Source of the DNA: Armatimonadota bacterium
GTDB lineage: Bacteria > Armatimonadota > Zipacnadia > Zipacnadales > UBA5352
NCBI GenBank assembly: GCA_034722055.1
Contig: JAYENL010000278.1
Location: 1-54,791 of the forward strand
Reading direction: 5' to 3'
DNA: 54,791 bases
The position numbers were made by a program, and so were the translations under genes. Shown here in pieces: positions 19,292-28,010 of this stretch. The stretch's first letter is position 1; every line of letters begins with the position of its first letter. A model generated the notes under the pieces. The model saw nothing but the letters and a program-made list of their open reading frames with translations. It made no database searches and had not been told where the DNA came from.

Positions 19292-20326
19292 ATGCGGATC
19301 GGCGTTCAGTCCCGGCCTCTCGTCGCGCTGAGCCTGGCGGTCTGCCTGGCCATGGGGACGGCACAGCACTCGGAGGCCGCGGAGCCGCGGCGGTGGGTGC
19401 TGGGCTCGGAGCATCTGCGGGTGCTGTGCTGGCCGCAGCACGAGGAGCTGGGGGAGCTGGCGCTGGAGGAGGGTGGCGACGCGCTGCGGCGACTGCGCCG
19501 CATGCTCGACGTGGAGCTGGACGAGCGCATCGATGTCTTCATCGTGCGCTCGCAGAGGGAGTTCGACGAGCTGGCCGGCGGTGATAGCGGCTACTGGGTC
19601 GTGGGCCGGGCGCTCCCGCGTAACCTGCGCGTGGTGCTCAAGCCCGTGGGCCCGCAGCGGCTGCCCAAGCTGCTGGCGCACGAGCTTGCGCACGTGATGC
19701 TGGACGTGCGTATGGGTGAGGCCGCCGACGAGCTGCCGCGCTGGCTGCACGAGGGGATCGCACAGTACGCGGCGGGCGATTTCGAGCACTCCCAGAAGCG
19801 GGTGATCGCCGGGGCCGCGCTGCGGGGGAAGCTGCTGAGGATTGATGAGCTGAACGCCGCCTTCCACGGAGACCAGGATCAGGTGGCGCTGGCCTACGCA
19901 CAGAGCTACACACTGGTTGACTACCTGGGCACACTGGAGCCGGCGAAGGGGCTGGCGCCGCTGTTGGAGCAGCTCGAGAAGGGCCGGGATGTGCGGCTGG
20001 CGCTCGGCTTGGCCTACGGCCGGCCGGTGCCGGCGATGGAGGAGGAGTGGCTGGAGATCATCGGGCGGGCATACGCCACCGCACTGGCGCCCCCGCTGGG
20101 GCAGACCATCATCGGGGCGCTGTTCGTGATAGCGTTTATCATCACGCTGGTGGCGGTGCGCCGCAGGTCGGCTCGGATTCGGCGGCGAATGGAGGCGGAG
20201 GAGCGGCTGCAGCAGCTCTTGCGGGAGGCGTCGGTGGGTGGCGTGACGGGACTGCCTGAGACCGCAGGCGGCCTCCAGGACGATGATGGCCAGGCCGGAG
20301 GCGCAAACGGGCTGTCGGAGCAGTAG
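19292..20326 (+). CDS. Peptidase MA-clan metallopeptidase with signal peptide and C-terminal membrane anchor
   Basis: AHELAH (HExxH), LPRWLHEGIAQY, LAYAQS; hydrophobic N-terminus and one C-terminal TM helix. Confidence 0.85.
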   Translation: MRIGVQSRPLVALSLAVCLAMGTAQHSEAAEPRRWVLGSEHLRVLCWPQHEELGELALEEGGDALRRLRRMLDVELDERIDVFIVRSQREFDELAGGDSGYWVVGRALPRNLRVVLKPVGPQRLPKLLAHELAHVMLDVRMGEAADELPRWLHEGIAQYAAGDFEHSQKRVIAGAALRGKLLRIDELNAAFHGDQDQVALAYAQSYTLVDYLGTLEPAKGLAPLLEQLEKGRDVRLALGLAYGRPVPAMEEEWLEIIGRAYATALAPPLGQTIIGALFVIAFIITLVAVRRRSARIRRRMEAEERLQQLLREASVGGVTGLPETAGGLQDDDGQAGGANGLSEQ

Positions 20327-20341
20327 CAGGAGGCATCCGAC

Positions 20342-20929
20342 GTGGAGGGCTTCTACGAGTACGTGCGGGACGTGTGGCTCAGTCCGTGGCCCAGGAAGCT
20401 GGCCTACGCGATTCTGGCGGCCGCGGTCTTCGAACTGATCCTCTACGTTACCGGTCGCATGATCCGGCGGGCGGTGGCACCGGCGCTGCGCCGCGACGCC
20501 GGCCGGGAGCCCTCTGAGCGGGTCCGCCGCCGCCGCATCGTGGAGGGCATCCCGCTCAAGATCAACAGTGTCATCTGGCACGCCATGGCGTTCCTGATGA
20601 TCCTGCGTATCTTCGGCCTGAAGACGGGGGCCGAGGTGATTCCGGTGACCGCGGGGGTGCTGGTAGTCGCGCTCGTGGCTGGTAAGAACGTGCTCCGGGA
20701 CGCCGTCCGGGGGTACCTGATCACCTACGATAACCTCTACGCGCCCGGCGATCAGATCACGGTGGGCCAGGTCAGCGGGATCGTCACGGAGCTGTCGCTG
20801 CGCAACACCGTGGTGCGGACGAGCGAGGGTCGGGAGATCACCGTCCCGAACTCCCAGGTGATGCTGGTGGCGGGGAGCCCCGAGCGCCAGGCCCGGGCCA
20901 GCCCCGGCCAGCGATCAGAGCCCCAGTAG
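20342..20929 (+). CDS. Short MscS-family mechanosensitive channel protein
   Basis: Three hydrophobic helices then PGDQITVG..SGIVTELSLRNT.VRT.EG....VPNS. Confidence 0.8.
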   Translation: MEGFYEYVRDVWLSPWPRKLAYAILAAAVFELILYVTGRMIRRAVAPALRRDAGREPSERVRRRRIVEGIPLKINSVIWHAMAFLMILRIFGLKTGAEVIPVTAGVLVVALVAGKNVLRDAVRGYLITYDNLYAPGDQITVGQVSGIVTELSLRNTVVRTSEGREITVPNSQVMLVAGSPERQARASPGQRSEPQ

Positions 20930-21568
20930 CTGTGGAAGCTGCAGGACGTCTGGCAGGAAGAGGTGCTCGCCTCTGGGCGGGGGCGGGCCGACCTTAATGG
21001 TGACCATCCCCAGCTCGGTCGCCGGCTCGAGATTCGGCTCCGTATCCTCCAGGATCGCGATGCGCCCCGGCGGCAGTCCGACCTCCTCGGCCACACGCTC
21101 GTAGCACCCGCAATGGGGCTTGGGCCGCCCGTTGGCGAACTCGATGTCGAAGATGCGGTCGAAGTGCGACGTCACCCCGAGAGCCTCCAGCACCCACTCG
21201 GCGTAGCGCCGAGTGGAGTTGGTGAAGATGTAGAGCCGCTGGGGGAGGCGTGAGAGCATCGCGGCCAGGTCCGGGTCGGGCTGGACGTAGCGCTCAATGC
21301 TCACACGCTCCACGGATCCCGCGAAGAACTCCCGCTGGGGCACGCCGTGCTCCACCTCCAGGCCGCGGGCGGTGGCGCCGTACTGGCGCCAGGTGCGCAG
21401 CCGGAGGCTGTCGGCCTCCTCGCGGTCAAGCCCCAGCCGCTGGACGATGAAGTCGGTGATCATCTCGTCGCCGGCCTCGAGGAGCCCGCAGTCGGGGTGA
21501 TAGAGAGTGTTGTCGAGGTCGAAGAGGATGGCGTCCACGCGCCGTTCGCGCTCAGTCATGGGCTTCAT
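20915..21568 (-). CDS. HAD-superfamily pyrimidine 5'-nucleotidase
   Basis: FDLDNTLY, YG.T..GL, FTNS, KP, EDT..NL motifs. Start could be 21559. Confidence 0.9.
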   Translation of the reverse strand: MKPMTERERRVDAILFDLDNTLYHPDCGLLEAGDEMITDFIVQRLGLDREEADSLRLRTWRQYGATARGLEVEHGVPQREFFAGSVERVSIERYVQPDPDLAAMLSRLPQRLYIFTNSTRRYAEWVLEALGVTSHFDRIFDIEFANGRPKPHCGCYERVAEEVGLPPGRIAILEDTEPNLEPATELGMVTIKVGPPPPRGEHLFLPDVLQLPQLLGL

Positions 21569-21700
21569 GGATGCTGTCGTCACTGCTCCAGTGCGAGATG
21601 GCACGTGTACGCCTCGGGACTCGAGGTAGTCTTTAGAGTCGGCCGGCGACGGCCCTCAGCGAGCAGCTCACGATCTCCGGCGGCCGCTCTGCGGCAGGTG

Positions 21701-21730
21701 CGAAAGAGGGGCGGGCCGGGGCCCGCCCCT
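21701..21730 (-). terminator. Probable intrinsic terminator after the 21755-22963 gene
   Basis: 10-bp stem AGGGGCGGGC/GCCCGCCCCT followed on the minus strand by CTTT (short U-tract). Confidence 0.55.
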
Positions 21731-21754
21731 GACGCGCCTTGTGTGGCGCTGCCG

Positions 21755-22963
21755 TCAGTCGGTGAGGCCGAGGTCGGCCATGGCGGCGTCGATGTGCTGC
21801 TCCCACTCCGTGACGCCCAGCGTGCGCAGCCCGACATCGAGGTAGCTCTGGGCCTCGTCGAAGCTGGCGTTGGTGTAGGCGGTGCGGGCCGCGCTCATGA
21901 CCTCTCTGGCCTCCGCAGCGGTGTCAGGGTCGGTTGAGCGCATCTGCTGATAGGCGCCAGTGGCCGCGCGGAACTTGGCCTTGATGATGACCTTGTCCAG
22001 CACGTTGGCGTAGCTGGGATCGTTCTCGGGGATCTTGGCCTCGATCTTGGCGCGCCCCTCGTCGCTGATCTCGTAGCCGCCTGTCCCGGTGGGCACGACC
22101 GGAGCGGTCAGCGGAGCCACCGTCTCCTCGACCGCGACGACCTCGCTGGGCGCCGGCTGTGGGGCGGTCTCCGGGGCGGCGGTCTCCCGCTCGGTCTCTG
22201 CGATCGATGGCGGCGGAGGCACCGCGGCCGTGCCGACCCCGACGCCCTCCAGGCGACCGGTGGCCTTGCCGCTGGTGAGGACCTGGACGAGATTGTCGAA
22301 CAGCTCCTGGGCCATGGTCTCGCGGCGCACAAGGTAATTGTCCTCGGGAAGCTCACGGGCCTCGTTGAAGGCCTCCAGGATCAGGAGCTTGGCGCCCTGC
22401 CCGGCGACGATCTCCTCCGGCTCTCCCTCAGAGGGTGGCACCTCCAGCACCTCCACGGCCGTCGATCCGGTGTTGGTGACCGCGCCGGTCACGGGCTCAT
22501 CCTCCACCCCGGCGGCGTCCACGGAGGGCTCCTCGCCGACCTCCGCGGGCGCCGGGCCGGCCTCGCCGACATCTTGCACCTGCACCCTGACGGCATTGGG
22601 CAGAGCCTCGCGGAAGATGCGCACCCACTGGGCACCCAACAGGCCCGGCGTGGTACCGTTGGCCTCCGCCTCCGCGGGGTACACCGACATGATCTTCGTG
22701 TCGTCGATGAGGATCGTCCACAGGCCGTCGATCTCCTCGAGCGTGACCTCCAGGCCGGCCGGGTCGTCGGTGGCCGCGAGCACCTGGTTGATGGTCTCGT
22801 CGATGGCCGCGGCGCGATGCTGCACCGACTCGTACTCGCCCCTCTCGCGGACCCGCGCCACGACCTGGCCCCCCACGACGATGTCAGCCGTCTCCTGGGC
22901 AACGCCGGTGCCGAGAGTCACCAGCACCATGAGGGCAACCGCGCAACACTTGCGTCGGAGCAT
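21755..22963 (-). CDS. Secreted hypothetical protein with acidic Pro/Ala/Glu-rich linkers
   Basis: Signal peptide (MLRRK...GVAQ), AAGGAG upstream, coding-like codon pattern. Confidence 0.75.
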   Translation of the reverse strand: MLRRKCCAVALMVLVTLGTGVAQETADIVVGGQVVARVRERGEYESVQHRAAAIDETINQVLAATDDPAGLEVTLEEIDGLWTILIDDTKIMSVYPAEAEANGTTPGLLGAQWVRIFREALPNAVRVQVQDVGEAGPAPAEVGEEPSVDAAGVEDEPVTGAVTNTGSTAVEVLEVPPSEGEPEEIVAGQGAKLLILEAFNEARELPEDNYLVRRETMAQELFDNLVQVLTSGKATGRLEGVGVGTAAVPPPPSIAETERETAAPETAPQPAPSEVVAVEETVAPLTAPVVPTGTGGYEISDEGRAKIEAKIPENDPSYANVLDKVIIKAKFRAATGAYQQMRSTDPDTAAEAREVMSAARTAYTNASFDEAQSYLDVGLRTLGVTEWEQHIDAAMADLGLTD

Positions 22964-23036
22964 TCCCTGGACCCTCCTTGCGAACGCCACTGCAGCTTGA
23001 ACGACCGCCGATGGGGAAAGGCACCCGGTCGGGAGC

Positions 23037-23066
23037 ACTATAGTTGATAGCTTCTCCGCCCGTCAA
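23037..23066 (-). promoter_or_regulatory. Putative sigma70 promoter of the 21755-22963 gene
   Basis: TTGACG-N18-TATAGT on the minus strand. Confidence 0.5.
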
Positions 23067-23105
23067 GTTCGCGCATCCAGCCCTGGACACCTGCCCGCCG
23101 CGGGC

Positions 23106-25508
23106 TCAGAACGGGCTGAGGAGCGCCCGGAGCATCGCCCCGTCGGGCACCTCCACGAACTCCTCGCCGGTCTCGAAGCGCCAGCCCTCCGGAGCCGCCA
23201 GCGTGGCTGCCACGCCCTCGGGAAGGCGGACCTCCACGCTCACGGACCCGCCGCCGACCTCCTCCCACCAAACCTGGATCTCGCCCCGGACGGTGCAGAC
23301 GCTTCCTCGCACGCCCGGCAGCAGGTCCGGGCGGGGGCGGATCTCGGCCCTCGCGAAGCCCGGCTGCGCGCACTGCACGCCGAGGAAGTGCTTCTGCAGG
23401 ATGTGGTTGGGCGCTGACGACCAGGGGTGGCAGAGGCTGTCAAGCTCGTCGCCAGCGAAGGTCTCCCACCAGGTGGCGGCGCCGGCGTGCGCCATGGCGC
23501 CCCACAGCTCACGGATGGCCGCCAGCATCTCCCGGTGCATCCCGGCCATGGCCATGGCCTCGAACTGGTAGAGCCAGAAGTAGGGGCTGCACCGGCAGAC
23601 CTCCGGATCGTCAGCGAGCACTCCCCCGAGCACCTCACGCCGGCGATGCGGCGGGCAGACGCCGGCCAGGATGGCGAGCGTGTTGACCTGCTGGCTGACC
23701 TGCCCGGAGGGCTGGCCCTCAACCAGTGCGTCGGCGTAGACGCCGCGCTGAGGGTCATAGAACGTGGCCTCGATGAGCTCGGCCAGGCTGCGGGCCTCCC
23801 GGGCGGTGGTCGCCGCTCGCTGGGCCACGCCCATCTCGCCCAGCAGCTCCGACCAGCACTGCAGGGCCCGCAGGAGGAACAGATTAAGGCCGGCGCTGAT
23901 GCCGCGCCGGTCGAGGCCGGGGTGGGGGAAGTTGTGCCAGCCGAGCCCCGGGTGATCGATGAACAGCGTGCCCTCCCGGCGCTCGTGGGCGGCCACGGCG
24001 TCGAGCTCCACCAGGCCGGAATCGCCCCGTCGCTCGCGATACCACTCCAGGACGCGCTCGACGGTGCCGTCAAGATGCCTCGCCACCGAGAGGTCGCCGG
24101 TGTTCCACCAGTAGGCGTGCAGACCCCAGGGCATCACCAGGGAGTAGTCGAAGAGCACCTGGCCGAGGCTGGAGAAGATGGAGGCGGGAAGCTGGCCGTC
24201 CTCGTACTGAGCGGGCTCGGCCGACAGCAGCAGGTGCCTGAGATGACTGGCGTCGCCGGTCATCCACAGCGTCCAGAGGCCGATCCAGGTGGCATCGCCC
24301 CAGTATGCCGCCTGCTCGCGGGTGGGGCAGTCCACATGCACCTCCTGGGTGCCGACCTGCAGCGTGTGCCGGCCGATCTCCCAGATGCGGTTCAGCATAC
24401 CGTCTGCCCCGCCATCCGTCACGTGCCAGCGCGACCTCCAGTCCAGGTCGGCCTCGCGCCGCCGCACGCCCAGGCGGTGGATGGTCACCGGACCGTCGAA
24501 GCCGCGGAGGACCACGTGCAGGTAGCGCAGGCCGTGCCACGCGAATGTCTGCCAGCGCTGCCGGCCGGCGCGCGTGACGTAGCGCTGAGCGTAGCTGCAG
24601 CCCTTGCGCAGACACCACGGGCGCCCGTGACGCAACAGCTCCGCGGGGCAGAGATCGATGCGACCGCCCGCCGGGGCCTCGATGTCCAGCTCCAGGTGGC
24701 CGACGACCTCGCGGCCGAGGTCCAGCGTCACCGCCAGCCCCTCGTCAGCATGCAGTTCCAGCGGATCGGCTCCAGTGAGGGCATCCGTCACCTGATCCCG
24801 CCGGTCGCTGGGGAGCGGCTCCAGTGGCTCCTCATCGAGGAAGGCGGTGAGCTCGGGCTCGTCGCCGGCTCCGGGGGCATCGGAGGTGGCGGTCCAGGCG
24901 CCTGCGATCTCGGAGGGCCTTTCGAAGGACTCCCGCAGGAGAGGGCGCATCCGGGGGACCAGCCGCCGCTGCGATACGTCCACCAGGGCCGCTGCAGGCC
25001 ACTGGGCATCGTCGAAGTCGGGGCGCGTCCATCCGACCGGTGCCCGGCGGGCATCGTAGTACTCCGTCCAGGCGACCGCGCCGCTGCGGCGGGGGACATC
25101 GCGCTCCCAGGCCTCCGAGGGCATGGCTCGCCAGGACTCGTCGGTCCCGACCGTGCCGGTGCCGCCGGAGAGGTCCTCCCAGCGCAGCTCGGCCAGCACA
25201 CCGGCGCGGCCCTTGGGGCGGGAGTGGCTGGTGACGCCCCACCAGTGGCCGAGGATGCAGATGACATTCGCGCCCGTGCGCAGGAGCCCGGTGACGTCAT
25301 GCTCGTCCACGGGCCTGACCTCGTTCACGAACGGCCCCGGTCCCCGGCCGACGAAGCGGCCGTTGATCCAGAGCTGATAGCTGGTGTCGGCGGTGATGCG
25401 CAGGCGGGCGAGCGCCACGGCGTCGGCGACCTCGAACCGGCGGCGCAGATAGCAGTAGGCGTTGGGCTGCGGCTCTCCCGCCCAGATCCAGCTTTCCTGT
25501 AGCTGCAT
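23106..25508 (-). CDS. Alpha-L-rhamnosidase (GH78 family)
   Basis: LRITAD.Y.LWING..VGRGP, LDLGREV.G, DCPTREQ..YWGD, ATTWWE, SLCHPWS motifs; GGAGG before ATG 25508. Confidence 0.9.
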   Translation of the reverse strand: MQLQESWIWAGEPQPNAYCYLRRRFEVADAVALARLRITADTSYQLWINGRFVGRGPGPFVNEVRPVDEHDVTGLLRTGANVICILGHWWGVTSHSRPKGRAGVLAELRWEDLSGGTGTVGTDESWRAMPSEAWERDVPRRSGAVAWTEYYDARRAPVGWTRPDFDDAQWPAAALVDVSQRRLVPRMRPLLRESFERPSEIAGAWTATSDAPGAGDEPELTAFLDEEPLEPLPSDRRDQVTDALTGADPLELHADEGLAVTLDLGREVVGHLELDIEAPAGGRIDLCPAELLRHGRPWCLRKGCSYAQRYVTRAGRQRWQTFAWHGLRYLHVVLRGFDGPVTIHRLGVRRREADLDWRSRWHVTDGGADGMLNRIWEIGRHTLQVGTQEVHVDCPTREQAAYWGDATWIGLWTLWMTGDASHLRHLLLSAEPAQYEDGQLPASIFSSLGQVLFDYSLVMPWGLHAYWWNTGDLSVARHLDGTVERVLEWYRERRGDSGLVELDAVAAHERREGTLFIDHPGLGWHNFPHPGLDRRGISAGLNLFLLRALQCWSELLGEMGVAQRAATTAREARSLAELIEATFYDPQRGVYADALVEGQPSGQVSQQVNTLAILAGVCPPHRRREVLGGVLADDPEVCRCSPYFWLYQFEAMAMAGMHREMLAAIRELWGAMAHAGAATWWETFAGDELDSLCHPWSSAPNHILQKHFLGVQCAQPGFARAEIRPRPDLLPGVRGSVCTVRGEIQVWWEEVGGGSVSVEVRLPEGVAATLAAPEGWRFETGEEFVEVPDGAMLRALLSPF

Positions 25509-25634
25509 GGAGGAGACCTCCTGTAGGCCGGCGAACTGACCTCCCCAGTAGGTTCCATCCTGAGTGCGTCCATGCCTGCACGCGCGACGCCAGGGACCGG
25601 TGCGGCGGGCCAGAATCACGGAAGGTCTGGCGTC

Positions 25635-25663
25635 TTGACACCGGGGCGAAGCGTGGGTATAAT
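25635..25663 (+). promoter_or_regulatory. Consensus sigma70 promoter of the DUF1559 gene
   Basis: TTGACA-N17-TATAAT, perfect consensus. Confidence 0.85.
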
Positions 25664-25704
25664 CGTCACGCGCTCAAGAGTCTCTTAGGGCAGGAGGAGG
25701 TCCG

Positions 25705-26409
25705 ATGATGGTGCGCAAAGGCTTCACCCTGATTGAGCTGCTGGTGGTGATCGCGATAATCGCGATCCTGGCGGCGATTCTGTTTCCCGTGTTCGCCAGG
25801 GCTCGGGAGAAGGCGCGCCAGGCGTCCTGTCTTTCGAACGTCAAGCAGCTTGCGTTAGGGGCGATGATGTACATCCAGGACTACGACGAGACGCTTTTCA
25901 CGTGGTCCAGCTACGAACCCTCGCCCCTGCACCCGCACGCGGCAATCTACCCGTACGTCAAGAACGTCGCGATATACACGTGTCCGAGCGCGGGCCGCAC
26001 CGGCCGGCTCGATGGGAGCACGTACGGTTCCCAGTACGATGGTTGGGACTGGTACCGTGTCAGCGACAACCCGCTCAAATTCTTCCCGGGGCCCGTCATG
26101 AGGGGGTACGCGTTTGCCTGCAACGGCACGATGCTGTTCACACATGGGACGACACGCACACCCCGCAAGCTCGCGGACTCTGGTCGCCCGGCGGAGGTCA
26201 TAATGCTGGGCGATGCGGTGCACATCTGGGGAGGGCGGGGTGCGATTCTGTGGGCCAACATGTGCTGCGGCTATATCCCCTCCAGAATGGCCACTTCCGA
26301 CGATGATTCCAGGCACAATGGCGGCGAGAACCTGGGGTTCCTGGACGGCCATGCCAAGTGGTCGCGGTCCAGCGCCGCCTACGCCGACGGCCTGTGGAAC
26401 TGGAAGTGA
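25705..26409 (+). CDS. DUF1559 / prepilin-type N-methylation protein with H-X9-DG motif
   Basis: [40 protein letters not shown] and [28 protein letters not shown]. Confidence 0.95.
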   Translation: MMVRKGFTLIELLVVIAIIAILAAILFPVFARAREKARQASCLSNVKQLALGAMMYIQDYDETLFTWSSYEPSPLHPHAAIYPYVKNVAIYTCPSAGRTGRLDGSTYGSQYDGWDWYRVSDNPLKFFPGPVMRGYAFACNGTMLFTHGTTRTPRKLADSGRPAEVIMLGDAVHIWGGRGAILWANMCCGYIPSRMATSDDDSRHNGGENLGFLDGHAKWSRSSAAYADGLWNWK

Positions 26410-26625
26410 ACCGACCCGCTGAGTTCAGAGGCGCAGCGTCTCGGAGCACCACCAGGGCGCTGCCCCTGGCTTTCCTCGCTGACAGCCGCATCTGAGGCGC
26501 CCCGAAGATGCCCGCCCGGAGGGGCCGGGCGTTTTCGCCTCTCTTGATCTCTGCTCTATGGTTCGACTTCGGCCTGTGCCGTTTCGCGGTTGCCGATGCC
26601 ATATGAGTGGCGAGGGCGCCCGCGC

Positions 26626-26661
26626 CCCAGTACTCACATGTCCCAGTACTCACATGTGAGT
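26626..26661. repeat. 16-bp tandem duplication ending in a 14-bp perfect palindrome
   Basis: CCCAGTACTCACATGT twice (26626-26641, 26642-26657); ACTCACATGTGAGT at 26648-26661. Confidence 0.75.
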
Positions 26662-26720
26662 TGCAGGCGCCCCCGCTCCACAACCCGTGATCTGAGGACG
26701 GGCCTACGGATGAGGGCGGT

Positions 26721-26749
26721 TTGACACCGCCCCACGGCGGGAGTACAAT
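26721..26749 (+). promoter_or_regulatory. Sigma70 promoter of the Trm112-family gene
   Basis: TTGACA-N17-TACAAT. Confidence 0.75.
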
Positions 26750-26791
26750 GCGCGCGGTTTGCCGCTGCCACGAGCGCAGGGAGGCGTTGCG

Positions 26792-26977
26792 ATGGTCGAT
26801 GAGCGCCTGCTGGAGATTCTGGTGTGCCCCAAGTGCAAGGAGGACATCAGGCTGGAGGATGACTGGCTCATCTGCGATGAGTGCCGGCTGAAGTACCCCA
26901 TCCGCGACGGCATCCCCATTATGCTGGTGGACGAGGCCGAGCCGCTGGAGGGGGGCGAGCAGAGCGAGGAGAGCTGA
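26792..26977 (+). CDS. Trm112-like (UPF0434/YcaR) protein
   Basis: LLEILVCPKCK...C..C.LKYPIRDGIPIML..EA; GGGAGG RBS. Confidence 0.93.
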   Translation: MVDERLLEILVCPKCKEDIRLEDDWLICDECRLKYPIRDGIPIMLVDEAEPLEGGEQSEES

Positions 26978-27092
26978 CGCATTCGGTGGCGCCGTCCGCT
27001 CGGCCACCGCGGCGCCGACGTATGACCCCGCCGCCCCACCATCCCATCGGCCGCCCATAAGGGCGGCTTGAATAGCGCCATCGCACGCTATC

Positions 27093-28010
27093 ATGCAGGG
27101 CCCCCCACCGGACGTCAGCGTCTGCATCGTCAGTTGGAACGTCGCTGACGACCTCCGGGCGTGCCTGAAGTCCATCCGCGGCCAGCACACTCCGCCCACC
27201 TTCGAGATCATCGTGGCCGACAACGCCTCCAGCGACGAGTCGGTGGCGATGCTCCGCGAGCACTTCCCCGAGGTGAAGGTGATCGTCAACGAGAGGAACC
27301 TGGGCTTCGCACGGGCGTGTAACCAGACGCTGCGGGCCGCGCGCGGCCGGTATCTGCTGGTGCTGAATCCGGACACGGTGCTGGAGCCGGACGCGCTGGA
27401 GAAGCTGGTGGCCGTGGCGGATGCCCATCCCCAGGCCGGGATCGTGGCGCCAAAGCTGGTGTATCCCGACGGCTCGCTGCAACACTCCTGTCGCCGCTTC
27501 CCGACCATCACCGCGGCGGTGTTCCGCAACACCCTCCTGGGCCGGGTCTTTCCCAATGCGACCGCGGCGTCGCGGTACATCATGGCCGACCGCGATCACG
27601 ACACCGAGCAGGAGGTGGACTGGGCATCCGGGGCCTGCCTGCTGATCAGGCGCGAGGCCTACGAGGAGGTCGGGGAGCTGGACGAGGGCTTCGTGTGGGG
27701 CTCCGAGGACGTGGACTACTGCCTGCGGATGCACCAGGCGGGCTGGACGGTGCTCTACTCTCCGGTGACGACGGTGGTCCACGCGGTTGGCCGCAGCAGC
27801 GATCAGGCCGTGATCCGCACCATCCTGCGCACGCACCGGGGGATGTTCCGCCTCTACAGCAAGCATTTTGCTCGCAATCCGCTGGCGAAAGCACTGGTCT
27901 TTCTCGGCGTGTGGCTGCGCGGGGGGCTGCTGGTCGCAAGCTGGTGTGTAAGGTGGCTGGTCGTGAGACTGACGGCGCCGGTGCGGCGCCTGTGGAGGCG
28001 GTGGCGGTGA
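27093..28010 (+). CDS. GT2 family glycosyltransferase (WbbL/rhamnosyltransferase-like)
   Basis: IVSWN, DNASSD, NLGFARACN, LNPDT, GACLL, DEGF...EDVD motifs. Confidence 0.92.
   Translation: MQGPPPDVSVCIVSWNVADDLRACLKSIRGQHTPPTFEIIVADNASSDESVAMLREHFPEVKVIVNERNLGFARACNQTLRAARGRYLLVLNPDTVLEPDALEKLVAVADAHPQAGIVAPKLVYPDGSLQHSCRRFPTITAAVFRNTLLGRVFPNATAASRYIMADRDHDTEQEVDWASGACLLIRREAYEEVGELDEGFVWGSEDVDYCLRMHQAGWTVLYSPVTTVVHAVGRSSDQAVIRTILRTHRGMFRLYSKHFARNPLAKALVFLGVWLRGGLLVASWCVRWLVVRLTAPVRRLWRRWR

Noticed and set aside
26410..26620. Possible ncRNA or riboswitch after the DUF1559 gene
   Set aside because: Only a GC-rich terminator/REP-like hairpin (about 26503-26537) is visible, with no recognisable family motif.
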